DNA from: a plasmid
Direction: 5' to 3' (one strand)
DNA length: 43,513 nucleotides
Sequence record: NZ_CP058956.1
Made by a program: the position numbers and the translations under genes. Positions 36,213 to 43,513 of the stretch are shown here, in pieces; position 1 is the stretch's first letter; every line of letters begins with the position of its first letter. The notes beneath the pieces are model-generated. The model was given only the letters and a program-made list of their open reading frames with translations, ran no database searches and was not told where the DNA came from.

Positions 36213-36900
36213 CATTTGCTGCGTGAACGCGACACGTTAAATAAATATGTAAGCTAAAAGGCCTGATTCCACGATCAACTGGAGTCAGGCCTTTAGTAGT
36301 TATTGAAGAATTGGGGATTGCCGAAGCTGACACGCCGTAGTAGCATTAGACCCAGATGTAAGAACGGAAAAGCAGCGCTATAAAATGACTCTCATTAAAA
36401 AAGAGAAATACCCCCTATATTGACTAATCCAATGTCGAGTTTTTATTTCTCAATTATCGATAGTAGAGAAAAAGTAATTTAACATAAAGAAGTTGAAAAA
36501 TTGGAGCAAAAGGAACATCCAGAAGATTCCAAGAAGCCAAAGAAGCGTCCGGGATCATCGGAGCAAAAGCAGAAAGCAGATTCGGAAAACACAGGCCGCG
36601 GTTTAGAGTTCTGGCTGCATCGTCATCCTAGGTCGGTATCTGAATCATACATGCGTTTCTACGCGAAGAAACAGTATGAAGAGGAGCAGAGAAAACGGTT
36701 AGGGATTCCAAACGAGCGGAACCACGACAGGACTAGATGGTATAGAAGTCAGAAAAAATAAGTGAAGCAGACGCTGACATTAAAAATCTTTAATGATGAA
36801 ATCGCGTCGATGCAACATAAAATATCATAGTGATGGACTAGCAAACCCCAGAGTCGAGCAAATCGATTCTGGGGTTTTTATGTTCCATAGTATTAACGCT

Positions 36901-37108
36901 CCCCCAGGCCGGCTCCGCTTCCGCTCCACGGGTCTCCTCTCCGGCGGGCCGCATGTGCCATGCTTACCGTCGCCTCGAGTGAGCCCCATGTTCCGCTCAC
37001 GCTTCGCCGGCCTGGGGGATGATGCATATACACCCTCTGCATATACAGGACGTTCCGGTCATGTATGAGTGCATGTAGTCTTGAATAACATCAGTAATTC
37101 CTTTTTGG
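36901..37108 (+). repeat. GC-rich structured repeat, copy 3
   Basis: It begins with the 13-nt terminal inverted pair 'cccccaggccggc ... gccggcctggggg' enclosing about 95 nt. It is preceded by a hairpin-plus-T-run at 36848-36882. Confidence 0.7.
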
Positions 37109-37192
37109 AGCTAAAAATTTCAAGACTGAAAATCAGCAGATCAATGGTTGATTTTGTAGATGAAAAGAAGCTTTTAATTTCATCCTTTGAAA

Positions 37193-37375
37193 ACTTCTAC
37201 AATGTAAATAGTGAATTGTAAATTGTAGATAGTGGATTATTCATAGTGAATAGTAAATTATTAACGTCACAAAAAAGCCATTATAAAGGCATTTATAGCA
37301 CATCTATATAAACTTCTACAATGTAAATAGTGAATTGTAAATAGTTGATTGTGAATTGTAAATAGTGAATTACCA
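37193..37375 (+). repeat. iteron array A4
   Basis: 'tacaatgtaaatagtgaattgtaaattgtagatagtggatta ... tacaatgtaaatagtgaattgtaaatagttgattgtgaattgtaaatagtgaatta'. Confidence 0.7.
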
Positions 37376-37551
37376 GCCATCAATAATGATTTAGATTAGT
37401 CCGTTGTTTGAGCAGCATGTTTATAACCCGTGAATTAGATCTAAAGCAAGACAAGAGGCGAATGTCTGGCGAATCATTAAATCTCATCATCTTGCTTCGA
37501 TGCTTTATCAAAATGTATATACAAAATAGTCAAGTGTATCGGGGATGTGGT

Positions 37552-38568
37552 TTAGAGCTTATGCGCGGCCTCGATTGCCCAGTTGAGATGCTCATAAGGG
37601 ATGTCACGCGGTACCGTACAGTCAGCACCGAGAATCACGCCTTTTGTCCCGGCTTCAGAAATCAGATCGCGTACGTAGGCTTGAATCTCTTCCTTGTCGC
37701 CAGAATAAAGAACGCCCTTGCGACTGTTGTCAAAGCCGCCGAGTACGACGCGACCGCCAAACAGTTTCTTGCCCTCGCCAAGCGTATAGCCGTCTGCTTT
37801 GGTGGCCCAGTTGATTACCTGCAGCGGATAGTTGGTGAACCATTCCAGATGATTGGTGGCGCCATCGAATCCGCAGATGTGAAGGATATTGATTTCGAAT
37901 TCCTGATTGATGGCGTTCTGCACCTTCAGATCAACCGGCTCCATGACTTCAGCAAAGAACTCATGATTGTCCGCGCGCTGATCCTGAATGGACTGAGTGC
38001 TGTAGTAGATGCCATCAATGTCAGTCTGTGCACGCAACGCCTTAACGACTTTGATCTGATCATCGGCTATTACGTTCAGCACGTGTTTGACGATTTCTGG
38101 ATTCTGCTCGTACAGATCAAAGAAACGCTCGTCAGCAAGAGTTAATGCCTCTTCGTAGTGTTTGATGAGTGCCCATTTGAACAGAATCAATGGCGAGAAT
38201 ACCGTCACGAATATTGGCCTGTCGCCAACAATCGCGCGCTGTTTCTTAGCCAGTTCAACCTGTCCCGTGATCCATGGGTCGTCTTCATTTAACGTCTCGA
38301 CTTGTGCCAGCTGGCTGAGGTCGCGCGGATCGCCAACTTCATGAAATGGGTATGGAAAGTAGCCGTCCAGCATCGTTTTAACCAGATCGACATCAACCGC
38401 CTTTAGATAATCTTGGTGACCGTCCAGATTGGTTGTGATGACTTTCGGATGTTTGGCCGCATCGGTAAACTCGTTGTCGGCAAAATGTCGCCAGAATGAG
38501 ATTGGTACGCCCTCCGTTGATGATTCATTGTGCAGCACTTTTAAGACTTCTTCTTTACGCATAATCAA
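37552..38568 (-). CDS. uroporphyrinogen-decarboxylase (URO-D)-family protein
   Basis: 338 aa with URO-D/MtaA-like TIM-barrel sequence. The plus-strand 245-aa ORF at 37408-38145 is its shadow. Confidence 0.7.
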   Translation of the reverse strand: MIMRKEEVLKVLHNESSTEGVPISFWRHFADNEFTDAAKHPKVITTNLDGHQDYLKAVDVDLVKTMLDGYFPYPFHEVGDPRDLSQLAQVETLNEDDPWITGQVELAKKQRAIVGDRPIFVTVFSPLILFKWALIKHYEEALTLADERFFDLYEQNPEIVKHVLNVIADDQIKVVKALRAQTDIDGIYYSTQSIQDQRADNHEFFAEVMEPVDLKVQNAINQEFEINILHICGFDGATNHLEWFTNYPLQVINWATKADGYTLGEGKKLFGGRVVLGGFDNSRKGVLYSGDKEEIQAYVRDLISEAGTKGVILGADCTVPRDIPYEHLNWAIEAAHKL

Positions 38569-38860
38569 AACCTCCCATGGTAAAAGAAAAAGGACCGTCG
38601 ATCAATAAGGTATGATCGGCAGCCCATAGAAAATAGGGAATATTAATCGTTTCTTGTTTAGAATGCGTTGAGTGCTTGTGCATCCTAAAAGAAACGCCCC
38701 GCCGAAATCATGTCAGCTTGACGAATAATTAGAATGCACATGTCCAAAGCTTTATTCAGAAAATCAAACTTGATCATGATCTCGACCCCCTTTGTACAAA
38801 ATAGAGTTGGCATAATACTAGGCTTATCCTTGCAGAATGTCAACGAGATTTTTTGTTCGT

Positions 38861-39020
38861 CCCCAGGCCGGCTCTGCTTCCACTTCACGGGTCTCCTCTC
38901 CGGCGGGCCGCATGTGCCATGCTTACCATCGCCTCGAGTGAGCCCCATGTTCCGCTCACGCTCCGCCGGTCTGGGGTTATGCATGTAGTTTTGAATAATA
39001 TCAGTAATTCCTTTTTGGGG
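38861..39020 (+). repeat. GC-rich structured repeat, copy 4
   Basis: 'ccccaggccggctctgcttccacttcacgggtctcctctccggcgggccgcatgtgccatgcttaccatcgcctcgagtgagcccc...'. Confidence 0.7.
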
Positions 39021-39102
39021 CCAAAAATTACAGGACTGAAAATGACGAATTTAGAGTAGTATCTATGATGGCTAAGCGATACTGATTGTTGCTTTTCGAA
39101 AA

Positions 39103-39290
39103 CTTTTACAATGTAAATAGTGAATAATGAATTGTAAATAGTAGATTGCGCATTGTAAATTGTAAAATGTGAACTCAGCTAAAATGGCTATATAAAGGCA
39201 TTTAAGTGATAATGTAATAAACTCATACAATGTAAATAGTGAATAGTAAATTGTAGATTGTAAAAAGTTGATTAATAATGAAGGTAATGT
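39103..39290 (+). repeat. iteron array A5
   Basis: Same two-sub-cluster architecture as A4, with the conserved inter-cluster segment 'ctatataaaggcatttaagtgataatgt'. Confidence 0.7.
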
Positions 39291-39569
39291 TGTACAATTT
39301 GGGACTGCCATAACCATACATTTTCAAGTTGCCATTGATTCAGAAAAAATTGAAATAAAAAAGTGCGAAACTCAATACCTTGCATAGAGTATAGATAGAG
39401 GGGCAGAAGAGAAGATGCTGTTTGAAATATGTTTTGCCAGATGAACGATCAAGCAAGTATCCCCTACCTCTCATGCTTTTTCAGATTATCTTCCTCGCCG
39501 CGTTCCATCCCAGGGCGCGGCTTTTTGTTGATAAAAAAGCATGACGCGTATCATGCCATGCTTAACTGT

Positions 39570-40321
39570 TTATTTAGTTAAAAAGTCGCAGACGATTGCG
39601 ATGGCCTGTTGACGTTTCTCCTCATCGAGATAGGAGTGATCACAGTTTGGAATCAAGTTTAGTGTGCTGTTTTTGTAAACATCATGGTACCGAAGCGAGG
39701 CAACTGGATTAACGATGGTATCGTCCGTGCCATGAACCAAACATACGGGACTCTCATAGTGTTTGGCGATATCGTACAATGGCAGCAGCTGCGCAGTTCT
39801 AAAGTAGAAGCCGCTGATAGTTTTCTGTTTAACCGTAACCGTATTGGGAATATGGTGCGGATCATAGACGCTGCCCTGACAGATACCAAGTCGCGCGTCA
39901 TCAATCAGCGTGGCGGCTGGGGACATTAGAACCAGTTTCGCGATCAAGTCAGGATAGTATGCCGCCATCAAGCTGGCAATCACGCCACCTTGCGAATGTC
40001 CTAATAGGTAAATTCGACGAACGCCTTTCAGCTGCTGAGCAAAACTAAGAACTGCATTGGCATCAGCAAGCTCATTGAAAATCGTCATTTCTGAAAGCGA
40101 GCCCTCACTTTTACCATGTCCGTTAAAATCAAAGCGGAGAGTACCGAGCCTTTTTTGCGCAAGGCAGGCGTTAAGTCATAAAAGACCCGGCGTTTCGTAT
40201 AGCCGAGGTCGGAGGTAAAGCCATGCATCAAAATAACCAGATCGAACTCATCTTGCTCGGGAAGATCGATCAATCCGTGCAACGACAGACCGTCCCGCTT
40301 GATTGTAATTTGTTTTTCCAT
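39570..40321 (-). pseudogene. alpha/beta hydrolase, split by a 1-nt frameshift in the A6/T6 run at 40151-40156
   Basis: The 78-aa N-terminal fragment ('ILMHGFTSDLGYTK') and the 172-aa C-terminal fragment ('GHSQGG' nucleophile elbow) rejoin if A6 is read as A7, giving '...LRKKRLGTLRFDFNGHGKSEGSLSEMTIFNELADANAV...'. Confidence 0.75.
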
Positions 40322-40741
40322 TAGTAAATCGCCTTTCTGTATTTATTAATATCGACAATATATCGCGACCGCAAATTTTTTAGTCTTCTTGCCTATCTTA
40401 GCAGTAAAATCATTATTTCATAACAGTATTTTTAAACAGATCATGAGTGGTGGCTTCTATTGATTTAAGTAGCTTTAAATAGTCAATTGTACTATAATAT
40501 AACTATATTTAAAACTATCAATTTTGAATGTTCAATCAGGTTTAAAACTGATAGGCACGGCTGATAATAATGTTTTATGATGCAGACAGCCGGTTGGATA
40601 TGGGGCTGATCGGCGGCCGATGATCATTCTATCTCAAGGCTGATTGCTTGGTGATAATTTACTTTCATTAAGTTCCCTTAAAGAAGCCGCCCAGGCCAGA
40701 GTTGGTCCAGGCGGTTTTTATGTTCAAAGGAGGACTTTGCG

Positions 40742-41095
40742 ATGTTTGATGTTTCCGCGATGTTTACTCAGGTCTATGACGCAATGATGGAAAAGTTTGA
40801 ACGCCTCAGCGCGATGAACGATCATAACGTTTATAATCAGCAAATCTACGACATGTACCTTGATTGCTTGATCTTAGCGGAGCGGGTGCTGACCAGATCC
40901 AAGCAGACCGATGACATGACGCTTGAGACGCACATCTATGTCTGCACGCTGATGAATGGTTTGATTGATGGCGAGACTGATCTGATGAAGGAAGGTCCCG
41001 CGTCCTATAATCGACCAGAGCATTATCTGATTCTGTGCCAGGTACGCGCTGAGCTGCAGCAGAAACTGGCCATGGTCGATAAACAGGCAGCCTAA
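40742..41095 (+). CDS. hypothetical protein (117 aa)
   Basis: ORF with RBS 'aaaggagga'. Confidence 0.45.
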   Translation: MFDVSAMFTQVYDAMMEKFERLSAMNDHNVYNQQIYDMYLDCLILAERVLTRSKQTDDMTLETHIYVCTLMNGLIDGETDLMKEGPASYNRPEHYLILCQVRAELQQKLAMVDKQAA

Positions 41096-41413
41096 ACATC
41101 CCCTTCCTGGCTATGTCTAATCATTGGAAATTCTGGTACTAAATAGTTGTATACAATAATGCAGTTATTTATCTGATACGGTTAATTACATGACACAATA
41201 AATAATGCGATACAACAATTGAAAAGTTGCGAAGAATTCAGTAACAGCGCTGTTTTAGGCTCGAGAAAAGCTTGAAGCAGCGCTATTTTCTTTGAACAAT
41301 TTGTAGTCGATAAAAGCAAGAGTACCTTACGCAAAACACGGACTGAGCAATGATTAAACAATTTGTAAACGTATATATTGAATTTTTTAATGTCTTAAAT
41401 GATTTCGTTCATC

Positions 41414-41446
41414 AAAAAAATGGCCCACGTCGAAATGACATGGACC
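41414..41446 (-). terminator. terminator of the polymerase / YolD operon
   Basis: Imperfect stem 'ggcccacgtc' / 'gacatggacc' (8 of 10 positions pair) followed by T7 on the minus strand. Confidence 0.4.
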
Positions 41447-41526
41447 GTAAATTAATATAAACAGGTGTGCATTATTTGGCACAGACGCTATTATATCACG
41501 ATTTTAGCGCGGATCTTGTTGAAAAG

Positions 41527-41700
41527 CTATTCTTGATGTTCAGCATCCTGTTCCTTATCGATTTCCTTTTTCAGTGCGGCGGTATGTTCCGAAAGCAGGA
41601 AACCGCCCCATTTCATCTTGCCGCGATCGTGATAGTAGTATTTGAAAAACTGCGTGGCCACCTTGTCAGCCTCTTGATCATCATAAAACTGCATTCTCAT
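41527..41700 (-). CDS. YolD-like protein (short)
   Basis: 57 aa. Translation: MRMQFYDDQEADKVATQFFKYYYHDRGKMKWGGFLLSEHTAALKKEIDKEQDAEHQE. The 'RGKMKW..F.LSEH' motif is typical of YolD partners of Y-family polymerases. Confidence 0.5.
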   Translation of the reverse strand: MRMQFYDDQEADKVATQFFKYYYHDRGKMKWGGFLLSEHTAALKKEIDKEQDAEHQE

Positions 41701-41909
41701 CGAAATTTCCTCCTCATTTCGCGGAGCTGGTCATCAGGAAAGTTTAGGTAGTTGAGCGTGAAATGATATGCTTGGCGAACCTCAGTTATAATATCAAGCA
41801 ACTCAGAATAATCACAATCAGCCAGTCGAGCAATGGGGATGGACCGGCTGTAGGCGTTGCGTGGCTGAATGTTGAAAAAGATTATAGCCATGCTCCGGCT
41901 CATAGTAGA

Positions 41910-43372
41910 CTACGGAGACCCAGTACCTAGTGCGCCAGCGATTGGTAAAGCAGCGCTTGATTCGCTCACAGATCCTTTCGCTTTCGGTTTCTTTATTCCA
42001 AGCTTTGTCCACCCACCGGCATGACCTCCTACCAACTGACTTCTTTCGATAAACGTGCCACCCTTCTCCAAGCTGGACGCCCGCATGATTGACGTCTTGC
42101 CAAAGCGTTTGCGGATGGCGTCAACGGTATCTTCCAGCTTAACCATGTCGTACTTGGGCGAATTGAACAGATCGAGCTGCTCGCCATAGCGGTCGGCCAA
42201 GCGAGTTGCGGCCACGCTGATGCGGCGAACCGGCGATACTCCATCCCAATATGTATAGAACAGATAAAGCAGCTGCTCGTTGATGAGATTCGAATCGACC
42301 GTTGAATCGGAAAGCTTCAGCGAATGGGCAAAGCCGGTTTCTTCCGTTGGCGTGCTCAGCGAATAGCCGATTGAAAGATACACGCCCCTGCCTGCTTGTC
42401 ATGCGCCCGGAGCCGAGAAGCTACCTGTGAGCCGATTTCTCGAATGACGACCTCAATCTCCTCGGCTCTCGTATAATCGCGCGGCAGGACCTGTGAGTTG
42501 CCCAGGCTCTTGTCTTTTGGCAGGACTTCCTCAGCCAGGTCGGTGCGGTCGATTCCCCAGGCAGAGGCATACAGCTGCGCGCCGATAACGCCCATCTTTT
42601 CCTTGAGAATGAACGGGTCGGCATGAGCCAGCTCAGTCATGGAATGAATTCCCAGTCCGGCAAGACGTTTGGCAGTTCGCTCGTTGATGCCCCAGACGTC
42701 AGTGATCTCAGGGATGGACCAGATCTTTTCTTTGACCGTGTCATAGGTGATCTCGCCAATGAAGCGCGGATCATGCTTGGCATAGACGTCCAACGCAATC
42801 TTGGCCTGCAGCGGATTCTCGCCCACGCCTACCGTGGTAACCAGCTTCAGGCGGTCATGAACGGTCTTTTGGATCTTTTTAACGACCGCAATTGGATCAT
42901 CCCCGAACAATTTCCAGGAATGAGTGATGTCCAGAATCGACTCGTCAATCGAATACGGCAGCAGGTCCTCATCGGCCACGAACTCGCGATAGATGTTGTT
43001 GACCTCAATGTTCTTTTCGATGTACGTATTCATCCGTGGCGGCACCACAATCAAATGGTTGTTGCGCGGCAGATCACGCTGACGATTGACGTTGGAGATG
43101 CCATAAAGCTTTTTGGCCATTGGGGATGATGCCAGCACCAGCCCGCCATTGGTATTTTCGGCTTCCGACATAACTACGAGCGGCGTGGTGAGCGGATCCA
43201 GCCCGCGCATCGTGCACTCAACCGTGGCATAGAATGATTTATTGTCGATGACCAGGAAAATCCCCCGCGGCTCTTCTGAACTGTCCATCTTGCTGCCCTC
43301 CTCGAACTTCTGTTTGCATTCTATTATAATATGCGAATGAGTGTTCGTAAAGATAGAAATTAAAGTGGTCAT
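41910..43372 (-). pseudogene. Y-family DNA polymerase (UmuC/DinB-like), split by a 1-nt frameshift in the C4/G4 run at 42385-42388
   Basis: The 338-aa N-terminal fragment ('FLVIDNKSFYATVE', palm domain) and the 157-aa C-terminal fragment rejoin if G4 is read as G5, giving '...HDKQAGGVYLSIGYSLS...'. Confidence 0.8.
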
Positions 43373-43513
43373 ATTTAACTACTGGAGAATGAAATCAATT
43401 TGATAATCGTTTATACTTTGATACGATTTTTAAAAGAGTGTCCACAACAATGGACATTAATTTATTTTTAGCGCTTACATTGACTGATATAGTTTAGATA
43501 AGGAGGGAGGAAG

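Noticed and set aside
36793-37068. ORFs of 91 aa and 84 aa (also 38734-38988) running through the GC-rich repeat
   Set aside because: They are open only because the element is GC-rich and low in stop codons. They are proline/glycine/arginine-rich with no RBS and are present in each repeat copy.
37408-38145. Plus-strand 245-aa ORF
   Set aside because: It is a shadow ORF fully inside the minus-strand URO-D-family gene (37552-38568), which has the recognisable protein sequence.
28105-39290. CRISPR arrays
   Set aside because: The repetitive blocks are tandem degenerate 11-14-bp iterons with no unique spacers and no leader-repeat-spacer periodicity. No cas genes are present.
1-43513. tRNA or rRNA genes
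   Set aside because: No cloverleaf-like T-arm or acceptor motifs and no rRNA-like conserved blocks were seen on either strand.

Overview
The window reads as a mosaic accessory or plasmid-like region from a Lactobacillaceae-type genome. It has Gram-positive RBSs, genes with roughly 50% GC interrupted by markedly AT-rich islands, and many insertion sequences.

Gene order from left to right:
- 1-4100: a galactitol-family PTS operon with a PRD/HTH regulator (regulator, EIIA, EIIA, EIIC, EIIB).
- 4511-5862 and 23720-25071: two nucleotide-identical IS256-family copies in inverted orientation, each with its own 8-bp target duplication, bracketing 17.8 kb.
- 5863-7200: small hypothetical genes.
- 7201-7794: a short tyrosine recombinase.
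- 8068-10326: an uncharacterised, tightly packed, AT-rich three-gene cassette (glycine-zipper membrane protein, small coiled-coil protein, 453-aa soluble protein). It sits between a truncated YjbR-like remnant and a heavily decayed DUF262 (GmrSD-like) gene.
- 11568-11732 and 14245-14403: two paralogous small membrane peptides with leader ORFs. The second precedes an orphan phage endolysin (14630-15574).
- 12087-13835: a SpoVK/CbbX-type AAA+ ATPase.
- 17257-18539: an IS3-family element.
- 18620-19919: an AT-rich two-gene cassette.
- 20045-23402: a crp-like regulator, deoD, pnuC and deoB operon.
- 25072-43513: plasmid backbone. It contains a RepA_N replication initiator, parA and a small parB, five iteron arrays, a catalytically intact TnpB (IS200/IS605), frameshifted ADH, TIM-barrel, alpha/beta hydrolase and Y-family polymerase genes, and a YolD-like gene.

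Two cross-cutting signals stand out. First, a roughly 180-210 bp GC-rich structured repeat occurs four times, once exactly where a TnpB guide-RNA (omegaRNA) / right end is expected. Second, at least seven frameshifts are each explained by a single-base deletion in a homopolymer, which looks like a sequencing artefact rather than real pseudogenisation.

No rRNA, tRNA or CRISPR arrays were found.
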